Assembly (NCBI GenBank): GCA_030390025.1
Contig: CM059432.1
Location: 116,996,001-117,060,000 of the forward strand
Direction of reading: 5' to 3'
Length of the DNA stretch: 64,000 nucleotides
DNA from: Squalus acanthias
Lineage: Eukaryota
In this document: positions 49,020-61,935 of the stretch, one piece after another
Position numbering within the stretch: position 1 is the stretch's first letter
Layout: each line of letters begins with the position of its first letter
Notes under the pieces: model-generated
Told to the model about the DNA's origin: nothing
Seen by the model: only the letters and a program-made list of their open reading frames with translations
Database searches by the model: none
Program-made: the position numbers and the translations under genes

Positions 49020-52000
49020 GGGCTCGATTTTGCCATTGGGGTCGGGCTGGGGCGTGTCAGGTGGTTTTCGTGTCAGGACCCCGACTCCGATGTGAAGTGG
49101 GAAAAAAGTGCAATTTTCCCCTAATTTGGCACTTGATTTCCAATGTGTGGGAACCCCTGGCCCAATTAGTCTTTCCATCCTGAAAGTTGCCTCTGATGAC
49201 GTCATCAGTGCTGCTGGATTTAAGGCCTGCAAGCAGCCTTGCTTCTTCTGGAGACTGGAAACGCTTTGGACATTGTATGAAGGACTTCATTTACCGACCA
49301 TGTCCACCAGCAAGCAAAAGTGTGCACATCGCTTTGATGAGCCCTCCCTCCAAGCTCTGGTGCAGGGAGCAAGATCTAATAAGAAGGTGCTCTTCCCTTC
49401 CTCAGGGAGAAAAAAGCCACCACAACAGACTAAAGCTGTGTGGCTGCAAGTGGCCCAGGAGGTCAATGCCATCTCTATGTGCCGCAGAACCTGGCTGCAG
49501 TGCAGGAAGAGGTTTCATGACCTCTCCGCACAGGAAAAGTGAGTATGACTTTCTCATCACCCTCAATCTCATCCCCATCGCCTCTCCTCACCAGCACTCT
49601 GCTTTGCCAACCTCTTCCTTCACATCCCACTTGACTCTGACATCCCTGCACCCTTACCCATTCACTCTCTCTATATGGTCACATTCACTTAACTATTCGA
49701 TCATGCAGCCCTCACACTCCCTATCACTGTGACGCAATGACAATAACTTACAACACACAGGGAGGGCCCTTTGTCTCCTTCTAAGCATCTATGCTATGGA
49801 TTCTCTACACTCACTCCTTCATTCTCACTCAAACTCCACTTGTGTCCTTCATTGCAGGAAAAGAGAGCCCACAATAAGAGGGAAAGAGCGAGGACAGGAG
49901 GAGGGCCACCCTCAGTAGCCCAGCTCACCACCTCGGAGGAGGCGGCCCTGGAAATCGCCAGGATCGAGGAGGATTCCCAAGTGGGGGACGGACAGGGGGG
50001 CACATCACAGCATGCTGGTGACAGAATAGTTTGGCATCTCTCTCATTGACATTGCATGAGTGATTAATAATGATTCTGATGCTCAAACAGATTGACTTAT
50101 GATCATCTGCACAATTCAATGTGCATGCAACCTTTACCTCACATCTCTAGCTCTTTCCTTTACTCCCCCACAGTACCATCGAGAGCCCCCGTCCCCACTG
50201 TCCAGGAGAAAGAGCCTGAGCTTCCAGACTCCTCAGAGGAAGCTGCAACCTCTGAGGGCGCTCCGTCAGCAGAATTAAGCGCACCCTGCACCAGCGCAGA
50301 CACTCACACCTCGGTGGGATCTTCGGGACATAGAGTAGAGTTGTCACCTGGTGTATCACAGCTCACAAGTGAGCATCAGCAGATGGTGGAGACAGGGTCA
50401 GCAGTGGAGAGTCCTCGTCGCAGTGGAGAGAACCTCCCAGCTTGGCTCCGCTGCATGTCGACCCTGTGCCTCCGGGTCCATCCAGAAGGAGAGCGGTGCT
50501 GGAACTCCAGGAACAGTGCAGGAGTCTCTGGCAGGTTTTGTCTCCAGGGTTGCTGCGAGTGTGGAGCGAATGGAGGAGTCCATCGCGAACATGAGCAGAG
50601 CCTTTGTGGAGGCGTTGGCACATGAATGCATCACCACGGAAAGGATGGCAACCTCCTTGGAAAGGATGGCTACCTCCATGGTAAGGCTGGCTACCATAGA
50701 GGAGAGGATGGCTACGGTAGAGGAGAGGATGGCTACGTCCATGGAGGAGCTTAGTCGCCAGGGTATGGAAAACATGGTCATTGTTCAGAATAGACTGACA
50801 TCTCTTGAGGAGCGATGGTCAGTTATTGAACAAACAAACCAGACCTTCATGCAAGTCCTCTGGAGTAGGACTTCCAGTGCAGAAACGGGTCCTCATGGCC
50901 CCCCTGCAGTGCAGCAAGGTGCTGTCAAGCCACTTGCTAGCTCTGAAGTGGGGCTGACCCATGAGAGGGATGTTGGTGGCAGACAACAAGGAAGTGGGGG
51001 TTCCTCTCCAAGCGCTCACACGACCAAGCCACTGCAAAGCCCTCGGTCAGAGCCCCACCAGAGTCTCCATCCAACTGAGATCGACATCTCAACCCCTGCA
51101 CAGCCACAGGAGCAGCAGACTGTTGCCGAGCCCTCACAGGCTTGCAACCCCAGAGGACGTCCGCCACAGGTGTCGAGACAGGAGCAGCAAGAAAGTGAGC
51201 AAGGGGCCTCCACCTCTGCTGAAGCCACAGGGGAAGCACCACGTAGGAGCACACGTAAGAGGAAGATAATGCACAAGTAGTCACAACGGTAGTCACTTGG
51301 GTGTAATGTTGTATTTAATTTTGAAAAGCCAGCACTTGCTTATTGTCATAAAAAATTCTGATGGCAAACTGTTGCAGTTGTGGCGTGTGTCATTTCGCTC
51401 ATGGGACCTCCACATTGAGGGCTTAGGGCGACTTGCAATTGTCAGTATGGTGGTCAGAGTGATAGGAATCCGCAGGTTCTTGGCCTTTGTCGATGGTCTG
51501 ATAAGAAGGTGCGAAGCAAAAGTGTTTGATTGTGCAGGCAAAGCAAATCTGGCCAAGATGAGTGCGTCCCTTGCATCCCGGGCAGCAATGTGGTTGCGCG
51601 CTGGCGCCTTCTGGCCTGTGCAACTTCAGGTGGGTGAGCAGCAGCTTGGCGCTCCTGTTGTTGCTGCTGCTGTTGGTGGTGCTGTTGTTCATGGTTCTGC
51701 TGCTGCCACGGCTGGTCTTCGTCCGAATCTGATGTCCAGGAGGAAAGGAAATAAATGGTTCCCATGCTTCTGGTATATGCCTCAGTTGAGGAAGCGCTCA
51801 GTCAAGGTGGTGAAAGGGGTTTCCCAGGAGGTCACACTGGAGATGGGTGTCAGGCTCCAAACTTCCACAACAATGGGTATGCCTGCTAATAGTTCCCCCA
51901 GACCTGAGACAACAAAGTTCTGCCACCTGCAAATGGTGGAGCTGCAGCTGTTAGTAAGCAGTCCATTTGTGATGCCGCTAGGATTCACTGGCGTGTTCCA

Positions 52001-52268
52001 GAGGAGACGTGCAGGACGTGGGAAAAGTAGTAAAATCAGAAAGGCCTCTCAAAATGGGATTATAGAGGCACTTAACTGGTTGTTAAGGGCCTTAAGGGCC
52101 TATCCCACCTCTTGGAGGCGGGATGGAAACGGGGTCAGAAAACACGCATTTGGGAAAATTGCTCGGAGGCGGGATGGAGGCGGGATCGGGCCCGCCCACC
52201 ATTTTTTGCGATTTTACCACCTCACACGCCTTCAATCCCACCTCCTCGGGCCTGGCAAAATCAAGCCC
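49020..52268 (+). mobile_element. Non-autonomous Harbinger retaining only the Myb/SANT gene
   Basis: 16-bp TIR GGGCT(C/T)GATTTTGCCA, TSD TTT, no DDE core. Confidence 0.9.
49300..51280 (+). pseudogene. Three-exon Myb/SANT plus coiled-coil gene, frameshifted
   Basis: Exon 49300-49538 (RFDEPSLQALV...W..VA...QCRKRFHDL), exon 49858-~50017 (EKRAHNKRERARTGGG), exon ~50173-51280 with ERMATS heptads and the NLS-like RRSTRKRK. Confidence 0.85.
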
Positions 52269-55124
52269 TTTGAGTCCTCTGCACAACTTGCTTTCCCACC
52301 CATCTCTGTATCATCCGCAAACTTGGCTACATTACACTCGGTCCCTTCATCCAAGTCATTAATATAGATTGTAAATAGTTGAGGCCCCAGCACCGATCCC
52401 TGTGGCACCCCACTAGTTACTGTTTGCCAACCGGAAAATGACCCATTTATCCCGACTCTCTGCTTTCTGTTAGTTAGCCAATTCTCTATCCATGCTAATA
52501 TATCACCCCCAACTCCACGAGCTCTTATCTTATGCAGTAACCTTTTATGTGGCACCTTATTGAATGCCTTCTGGAAATCCAAATACACCACATCCACTGG
52601 CTCACCCTTATCCACCCTGCTCGTTACATCCTCAAAGAACTCCAGCAAATTTGTTAAACATGATTTCCCTTTCATAAAACCATGCTGACTCTGCTTGACT
52701 GCATTATGATTTTCCAATAGGTATAACCTCGCATTTCTGGTATCATCCTTGTAAATCTTCTCTGCACCCTCTCCAGTGCCTCAAATCCTTTTTATAATAG
52801 GATATAGAGGCACTGGTATATATTGGTAATGTTGCTTTAATGATTGCTGCATCTACTTAACTGGACAGAAGAGGAGTTGCAAAATGGTTGCAAGAAAAGC
52901 TGGAAGTGAAAGATCAAGTTTCCATAACTTGCAGCCCCTGTGTTGTTTTATTTATTGAAAAGATACACACCCAGGACCCTAAAAATGACTGTTGTTATTA
53001 GCAGATGAATGTTCGCATATGATAGTCCTCTTTCTGCCGTTTTAACTCTAGGCTATTGCAATAACTCTACAATCATAAATTAATATGGACAGTATCTTGT
53101 GACTGCAAGAAAGGATGAGGGTTGGATTGAAACAGTGGTGAAGACCCTTCACCAGAGCCCAATTCTGAAACGTCTCTGAGAATTCTTTCATCATATTTAC
53201 CCATTCCGATAATTGTCGACAGTTTCTTTTCCCCTGCAGCATTTTCCTGTCAGCCTTTCTTCCTTTGGTTTAAGTAAGACAGTTCTCCTGTTGCAGCTGA
53301 GTAGTTTGATCATAACCAACAATGAACCTTTTGAAAATACCCTTTTATGATAAAAAAATATTTCAATCTGGGAGTTGAATAAGGTGGAAAAGCAATCATT
53401 AATTGGAGACCCGCCTCGTGTGGGGTTAGTATCGAGTTTTTGGTGGTAAATTTGGACCAATACTGGATACCTGCTGTATCAGTCAAGCTGGCATCTGCTG
53501 CGTTAAATTTGGAATCTACTGCAGTATAGTCTTGATTAAATAATAAAGGTTCACAGATGACAATCTTCTGAATACCATAAACTCATTATTTTTATGTTCT
53601 GAGCTGCACAGATGGTTAATCCATATCAGTAGATGCTGATGCTTCTTCCGAGTAGGAGAAAGGTGACGTGTGAAATGGTGAGGAGGAGGAGGAGGAAAGC
53701 AGCATGGAGTCGAAAAAGTTCATCGCAGCCAACTTTCTGAAAGCAACAAAAAGCCCAGAAGTGAAATCCTCACAGAATCACCTCTGAGAAGCCAAAGGAC
53801 ATCAGCAGAGTGTCCTAAAGCAGAGAAGAGGGCATGTTGGAGGCTGAGTGCTCTTACTGATACATTGCTCCTCAAAATAATAGGGTTCAAAAGCATTTAT
53901 AGACAATCACAGAAATTAAGCATACAGTGATAACCATTATTGACAATAATTACAGATACACTTAACAGTGCACTTACAGCCATACCTTGCGAGTTCACCG
54001 GGAAATTCAAAACACTTTACAGTTCCCAAGCTCGAGGTGCTTGGTTGGCTAGACCTTGAACCAATTCCAAAGTGTCTGTTCAAACACTCACTTTTTAATT
54101 CTTTTTCTCCATCTCGCCGCATGAGAAATCACATGTTTCTATATTACCTAATCCACATTTATAATTCAACACTGATTGCTTTGTAGACATAGATTGTACT
54201 CCCTTAACCTGACTCACACTCGCTAATTTTCTAGCTCAAGTCTTATGATTACATTTCCATTCTTCGAACAGAAACTTACTTAACAGGCAAAAGCTAAAAG
54301 TTAATAAAAAGAAATTAATATAAAAAGAACCCTCTCCTGTGGCATCTCAGCCACAATGGGAAGTAACTGGAACCTCAATCCTCCGACTCCATATCAACAA
54401 ACAGCAGGAGAATTGGGCCTGTATGTTCCACCTCCCATTGGACTTCAATCTGCCGGCCTGACCCAGCTGTGACCATAGAATCAGAGAATCAGAGAATCAT
54501 AGAATCATAGAATGGTTACAGCACAGAAGGAGGCCATTCGGCCTGTCGAGCCCATGCCGGCTCTCTGCAAGAGCACGTCAGCTAGTCCCACTCCCCCGCT
54601 CTTTCCCTGTAGCCCTGCAAATTTTTTTCCTTCAGGTACTTATCCAACTCCCTTTTGAACACCACGATTGTATCTGCCTCCACCACCCTTTCAGGCAGTG
54701 CATTCCAGATCCTAACCACTCACTGCGTAAAAAAGTTTTTCCTCATGTTGCCTTTGGTTCTTCTGCCAATCACTTTAAATCTGTGTCCTCTGGTTCTCGA
54801 CCCTTCCGTCAATGGGAACAGTTTCTCTCTATCTACTCTGTCTAGACCCATTATGATTTTGAACACCTCTATCAAATCTCCTCTTAACCTTCTCTGCTCT
54901 AAGGAGAACAACCCCAGCTTCTCCGGTCTATCCATGTAACTGAAGTCTCTCATTCCTGGAACCATTCTTGTAAATCTTTTCTGCACCCTCTCGAAGGCCT
55001 TCACATCCTTCCTAATGTACGGTGCCCAGAATTGGACACAATACTCCAGTTGAGGCCGAACCAGTGTTTTATAAAGTTTCATCATAACTTCCTTGCTTTT
55101 GTACTCTATGCCTCTATTTATGAA

Positions 55125-55819
55125 ATTGAGAGGTCGCACAACACCAGGTTATAGTCCAACAGTTTTATTTGAAATCACAAGCTTTCGGAGCTATCTTCTT
55201 GCTCCTTCCTCAGGTGAAGTAAATTAGATACAGAATCGCCAAAGCATATATAGATAGAGAACAAAGCATGTGTACCTTACAATTGCAGACCACTAAATTA
55301 AATCATCCTGACTATCTGCCGAGGTGTGATAAAGTTAATCAAGTCAGCCAGGAAGGTACCGCATCAAAGACATAGCAAGATACAACTGAGACAATGAGGT
55401 GTAGTCGCAGGGGTTCTAACGTGTCAAAAGCTGCCGTCTGTATGTAAAACGAAAAGCTTTAAAATTTTTACTTTTTTACTGGGAAAATTTTTACTTTTTT
55501 ACTGGGAATCACATCTGTGAACAAGCCAACGACGACCTTCCTGGTACCTTCCTGGCTGACTTGATTAACTTTATCACACCTCGGCAGATAGTCAGGATGA
55601 TTTAATTTAGTGGTCTGCAATTGTAAGGTACACATGCTTTGTTCTCTATCTATATATGCTTTGGCGATTCTGTATCTAATTTACTTCACCTGAGGAAGGA
55701 GCAAGAAGATAGCTCCGAAAGCTTGTGATTTCAAATAAAACTGTTGGACTATAACCTGGTGTTGTGCGACCTCTCAATTTTGTCCACCCCAGTCCAACAC
55801 CGGCATCTCCGCATCATGA
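55125..55819 (+). mobile_element. Foldback Penelope-type insertion with ~238-bp inverted arms
   Basis: Arms at 55123-55360 and 55543-55780, 182-bp spacer, terminal sequence shared with the 47932 element; TSD CTATTTATGAA. Confidence 0.8.
55686..55728 (+). ncRNA. Minimal hammerhead ribozyme (mirror copy on minus at ~55175-55217)
   Basis: TCAC CTGAGGA A GGAGC-loop-GCTCC GAAA GCTT GTGA; stem I is TCAC/GTGA. Confidence 0.78.
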
Positions 55820-57747
55820 CTATTTATGAAGCCCAGGATCCACGTATGCTTTTTTAACCGCTTTCTCAACCTGCCCTGCCACCTTCAACGATTTGTGCAC
55901 ACATACCCCCAGGTCTCTCTGTTCCTGCACCCCCTTTAGGATTGTACCCTTTAGTTTATATTGCCTTTCCTCGTTCTTCCTACCAAAATGTATCACTTTG
56001 CACTTTTCTGTGTTAAATTTCATCTGCCACATGTTTACCCATTCCACCAGCCTGTCCATGTCCTCTTGAAGTCTATCACTCTCCTCCTCACTGTTCACTA
56101 TACTTCCAAGTTTTGTGTCATCTGCAAATTTTGAAATTGTGCCCTGTACACCCAAGTCTAAATCATTAATATATATCAAGAAAAGCAGTGGTCCTAGTAC
56201 CGACCCCTGGGGAACACCACTGTATACCTTCCTCCAGTCCGAAAAACAACCGTTTACCACTACTCTCTGTTTCCTGTCACTTAGCCAATTCCGTATCCAT
56301 GCTGCCACTGTCCCTTTTATTCCATGGGCTTCAACTTTGCTGGCAAACCTATTATGTGGCTCTTTATCAAACACCTTTTGGAAGTTCATGTACACCACGT
56401 CAACCGCATTGCCCTTATCAACCCTCTCTGTTACCTCATCAAAGAACTCAATCAAGTTAGTTAAACACGATTTGCTTTTAACAAATTCGTACTGGCTTTC
56501 CTTATTTAATCCACACTTGTCCAAGTGACTGTCAATTTTGTCCCTGATTACTGTTTCCAACTTTCCTCCTTGGGCCTTGTTAAATACGAGGGAACCCCAC
56601 TAGCACGAGGAAGTTTGCAGGAAGCCCTGCTAAAAGGAGGAAAATGTGATGGGTGCTGCAGGAAGACACTTGCTGCAGCAGCAGAAGAGGAGGGCTCCAC
56701 CAATACGAACACAAAATTGATGGACAGAAAAAGACCAGCTGGTTGATCGAGCCCATCCCATACTGCCATTTTGCCAATAAATATCATGACCCATTGCTCC
56801 CCTTTCACTGCAGGCATGAAATCTCCTGGGAGAGGCAAATGCAGATTTAAAAAATCCTGGGTCAATCCTCTCCCGACCCTGAAGGCGATCAAAATGAGTT
56901 CCTGAATCAAATTTTTTTACTGAAGGTCTGAGACTGGACTAAGGCTTTCAACAGGTGAGTGACTGAGGCCACTGTGGAGAGAGAGGAAGCCACTACAAGG
57001 CCCTCCCCCTCCAACCAATGAAGTGAGGGTCTTGCCACCACTACTCCAGGGACGACCATTACCGCTCTACTGGCGGTAAGAAGGGAAATTGGGCAGCTGC
57101 CATCAATGACGTGCAGTGGGCGATGGAGGGATAGATGGCAGCCTTCCTGACTGATGCGGGAGTAGAAAACAAGAGTTCAGGGGAAGCATGCGGTGGTAGG
57201 CCCCCACTGCCCATTCTTGCCGCATTTTCCGCTGCTATCCCGCCCAATTTGGGCAGGATAGTGGAGGAAAATCCAGACCAAGTGTTAGGAATGCCAGCAG
57301 GAAAGGTTGTATGAAAAAATCTATTTTATCTTAAAGACTCCACTTTGTAACAGACAGACCGCTTTTTCAGAATCTGCTCACAACAGCATTTTGGAACATG
57401 TCCAAAAACAGCTCAGACATTCAAGACCTTCATGAACGGTGCAAGCTGTAATCGTCTAGATAGCTGTTATATATTTTGTGAAGTTTTTGACCTGAGACCC
57501 ACTATGGAACTTTCATTTATTCTTTGGAATGCTGAGCTGATGTAGGTTGATGTAAATTGAGGGTAAAGGTCATGGAAAAAGCCTTTTAGCTGAGGGATTA
57601 AAGCAAAACTATTGTAACACAAAGTTAGAAAGACCCGGGGCTGATATAAGCCTGCTACTGAGCTCACCAACTGTAATGTGAGGTCTCCCGCAGCCTTTAC
57701 ATCATCGTGCGTGCTGTCTCTGAGTATCATTTCCTCTAATAAATCTA

Positions 57748-59040
57748 GAAGTTTAATGACCTCACACTAGTGGTTAAGGTCAGTGAATTCATCTTCAAAT
57801 GCCGTATCCCACCATCAGCACCACTAGCCTCACACACTGCTCAATGCACCACACCCCCATCACTCACCTACCAACAATCTCTATCACTCAGGACTCATAC
57901 CTCACATTCACATGTTTCACCTCACCGTCACACACTTAGCACTGCTGCAAGCCTCACACCCACATCTCACAGCTTGCACACACTGTCAGCTATTCAACCA
58001 TGACAGCCACATCACCCACTATACCACAATCACTGATACACTCCCCTTTCTCTTACAGGAAAAGGTGGCGCATAACAAATGCCAGCAGACCTTAACAGGC
58101 AGGGGACAGGCTCGCCTGCATGACCTCACCCCCATGGAGAAGTCAGGTGCTGACCATTCTCGGCAGGGGCATGGTTGAGCCCTTGGCCAGCAACAGGGCT
58201 GAAAGAATACAAGATGCCGGTATCCTCATACGTAATCCTCCTTCTCACATCCCACTTTCCCCTCATCCCACAATCTCTTCTGATTTACAAGCTGCACATG
58301 ATGTAAGCATGCACCTCTTGCTTTACCCCTCCCCTCACCACAACCCTCCCCTTGTGCCTTTCTCATTTCAGACACCCAAGAAATCCAGCCTGCCCAGCCA
58401 GTGGTTGAACAAGAAGATGGAGAGCAGAGTGAAGAAGAAGAAGAAAAAACACCGTCACTTGATTTCACACTCCCAGCCACCAGCTCAGATACGGACACTC
58501 CGTGTACTTTGGAGGATAGGATAGACACGGGACCTGCCCGTGGTGAGAGACCGGGCATGAGTGGGCTGCAGCCAGGGCAGGGGAAGAAGGTAATGCAGGT
58601 GCCGGCTCCCCGGAGGGCAAGATCGCACATGAGTTTTGCTGCACAGGACTCAGATGAAGACTTTGATGGGGCGGCCTACAGAAGAACGCTGATGGGTACG
58701 CACAATGAAATGTTTGGTGCATTGGCAGGCCTGCCAGAAAGCCTGAATGTAATGTCATGGAGCATGGAGGAGTCCAGCTCCAGCCTTGCACATGGCTTAG
58801 GAGCCCATCCTTTCCAGCACTTGTGGAGCCAGCCATGGTGCAGAGTCTGATGGCTGATGTCTCAGCTTCCACTTGCAGTACAAGCAGAAGCCACCCAAAG
58901 TCTGAATGCTGCAATGGAAGCACAGACTGAAGTCATACAAGCTCAGCTTACTGCCACGCAAGCAAAGACCGCTGCCATCATGGCTGGGTTTACTAGTGTT
59001 GAAAGGGGCTTGCAGGGTGTCACAGCAGTCCAGCAGGGAG
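57748..59040 (+). pseudogene. Harbinger Myb/SANT gene fragment
   Basis: KFNDLTLVVK followed by GTCAGT, EKVAHNKCQQTLTGRG, and an acidic plus coiled-coil exon. Confidence 0.75.
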
Positions 59041-60424
59041 GTTATGTACACCCATCAGCCTTCTTCTGTAGCCTGGCCCATCGAAGTCTTCATCTGAGTC
59101 CTCTTCAGCAGAACTAGTGTGTTACCTCGCCCTCTGGCGAGCTGGCACCTGCGTTATCCTTTCCCCCCGCCCTGGCTGCTGCGCACTTGTGCCTGGTGTC
59201 TCACCACATGCAGATCCCTCCTCTATCCTAGCCTCTAAACTACGCGCAATGTCGGTATCTCAGCTGGTGGCTGCGAGTGTAAGATCGAGTGACGGTGTCT
59301 CTTCATCTTCACTGTCTTCTTCCTCTTCCTCCACTGACTGGGAAGGCTCCAGTTCTTGGGTATCTGAAATGATAAAGGGACAAGGCTTGGGTTGTTGTGA
59401 GGGGAGAGGAGAAAGTAAGAAGTGCATGCTTACACCATCTGCAGCTTCTAAGTCAGAAGAGATTGAGGAATGAGGGAGAAGGGGGATGAGAGAAGGAGGA
59501 TTAGGTATGCAGATACCCTCATCATCGATCCCTCCTGTCCCGCCAGTGGCCACTGGCCTCAGCGATGCCCCTTCCAATGATGGCCAGCATGGTCACCTCC
59601 ACTGGGGTTAAAACATGCAGGCGTGCTTGTCCTCCTCCAGTTCTTTGCTGATGCCTCCTGTTATGTGGCACCTTCTCCTGCAAGAACGAGGGAAGTGTGT
59701 CAGTGAGTGTCCTGCAGTATGTTTGGGTGATGTGACTGTCATGGTTGAATAGCTGCCAGTGTGTGCGAGCTGTGAGTTGTGGGTGCGAGGCTTGCAACAG
59801 TGCTAAGTGTGCGAGGGTGAGGTAAAGCTTTTGAATTGAAAGGTTGAGTGCTGATTGATAGAGATTGTTGATGGATGGGTGATGGGATGTAGTGATTTGA
59901 GCAGTGGATGAGGCTAGTGGTGTAGTGGGTAGGATATGCCATTTGAAGATGAACTCACTGACAAGGACAAGTCGTGTGAGATCATTAAACTTCTTCCTGC
60001 ACTGCATCCATGTTCTTGGAGCAACACTCCTGGCATCGACTTCCACCATTACTTCTTTCTATCTCTTCTACCAAGACCTCCAGTGCAGTGTCTGAAAACC
60101 TTGGTGCTCGCTCTCTCGCATGTTCAGCCATTGCTTAGAGTATCACGGCCCAGATTGAGTTTTCAAATGGCTCCCACCACTTCTTGCAGCCACAATGCAC
60201 CTCCATTAAGAAGTGCAGGCTGACTTTAATTAGCGCTAGCCACTCGACCCCTGCTGTTGCGTACAGCCAATGAACAGCGCGGATAGTGCTGGCTGCACAC
60301 AGCAATTATGTAAAACAGCAGGCAGCACGAATTTACCATGCTGCCTGCAACACAATGAACAGCCGTGGGTTAATCAGCACCACGATCCCCAAGCCCATTT
60401 TCAGGTCTTATCCAATTGAACCCC
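59041..60424 (-). mobile_element. Harbinger end plus Myb/SANT gene fragment, inverted relative to its neighbour
   Basis: RTWMQCRKKFNDL and EKVPHNRRHQQRTGGG; candidate terminus GGGGTTCAATTGG next to TTA at 60425. Confidence 0.72.
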
Positions 60425-61074
60425 TTAACAGTTCCAACTTTATGTCTCTCTAGCAGCATTTATAACAAAACGAGTACCCCAAGAACCAAAGGAACCATAA
60501 ATCAGGGTCTTATTGTGCAGATTGCTGGGGAAATTACCCTGGCACGGTTGAGGCTTTTGTGCCACTTTGTTGGCGCAAACTGTCCCAGTGGTGCAGGGCA
60601 CTGGCTGCTCCAGAATTTCCATTTCAGATCATTTGAAAAATTATGCATAGGTGCCAGTGTAACTTTCTCTTTGTGCAGGGAGCAAGCACAATGGAATTTC
60701 TGGGCAACAGGTTCTCAGACCGACATCCCTCTGATAAACCATCTTCAAATTCTCCTATTCTCGAGTTCCAGCCTGACAACATGGGTTGTTGCACATTACA
60801 GTCAAACCCCTGATTCAGGGAAAAGGAGAAAATAAAACAAATGTTGAAAAAGTAACAAAAAATTACAAATATGTTTATCAATCCGAGACAGCATTACCTT
60901 TAAGAGGAGGTGATGGCTCTGTTGAGTGATGCTCAGCATCTGTTTATAATCATTATAATCTCAGCAATCCCATCACATTTTCTTTCTATTTGTTCTTGGG
61001 ATGTGAACAACATTAGCAAGGCTGCATTTATTGCCCATGCCTAGTTGGCATGAGAAGCTGGTGGTGGGCCGTCT

Positions 61075-61292
61075 CCTTAGGAACATAGGAACAGGAGTAG
61101 GCTGTTCAGCCCCTCGAGCCTGCTCCACCGTTCAATTAGATTATGGTAGATCTGTACTTCAACTGCATTTACCTGCCTTAGCTCCATATCCCTTGACACC
61201 CCTACCTAACAAATAGCTATCGATCTCAGTCTTGAAAGCTCCAATTGTCCCAGCATCCATAGACTTTTGGGGGAGAGAATTCCAGATTTCAA
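61075..61292 (-). mobile_element. CR1 3' UTR fragment
   Basis: (TAGGAACA)n tail and the typical CR1 3' end. Confidence 0.7.
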
Positions 61293-61534
61293 TCTCGGCT
61301 CGGCCCAGCCCAGTCCAGTCCAGGGATTGAACCTGGGACCTTTCTGGCGTGTGTGACTTAGCTGTTCACTCGATAAACTTACTGGGCTCTGTGTAGCCCT
61401 TGATTTATTTGAACTGTGCCCACTGTTTATACATGCAGTACTGCTGTAAGCCTGTTGTATCCATGTGGCCATGACACCTTAAACCGCTGCAGTCCTTATG
61501 GTGACGGTGCTTCCACAACTGTATTAGGTAGGTC

Positions 61535-61935
61535 ATTTCATCCTCGGGCTGTGGGTGTTGCTAGCAAGGCCGGCATTTATTGCCCATCCGTAGGTGTCCA
61601 AATAGCGCTTTGATACAGCCGAGAGGCTTCCTAGGCCACTTCAGAGATCAATTAAGAGTCAACCGTGTTGATGTGGAACTGGAGTCACATACAGGCCAGA
61701 CCGGGTAAGGATGGTGGTTTTTTTTCCTTAGAGGATATTGGTGAGCCAGTTGTATTTTTATGACAATCTGAAAGCTTTATAGTCATTTTTACTGATACCA
61801 GCTTTTTATTTACAGATTTTTTTAAAATAAATTCAAATTCTCAAACTGCCATGGTGGGATTTGAACTGCCGCTCTCTGGGCTATTAGTGCTGGCCTCTGG
61901 GGTACGAGTCCAGTGTATAACAACTACACTATCAT
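61535..61935 (-). mobile_element. tRNA-derived SINE, second family
   Basis: Minus-strand head with A-box-like TAGTGTAGTTG and B-box GTTCAAATCCC. Confidence 0.55.

Larger units (their letters stand above)
48138..52717 (-). mobile_element. CR1 ORF2 3' half, split by a Harbinger derivative
   Basis: KFADDT at 52269..52717 continues as LQRDIDRL at 49019 and ends in a (TTCTTATG)n tail. Confidence 0.9.
54474..56560 (-). mobile_element. CR1 ORF2 3' half, split by a foldback element
   Basis: RT ORF 55820..56560 (GVPQGSVLGP, KFADDTK) continues in 54720..55124; (CATAGAAT)n tail at 54474. Confidence 0.92.

Noticed and set aside
51297..52367. 356-aa ORF on +
   Set aside because: It crosses the Harbinger TIR into antisense CR1 and has no domain; a chance ORF.
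56990..57280. Possible further Harbinger MITE ending GGAAAATCCAGACC
   Set aside because: No partner TIR or TSD could be identified.
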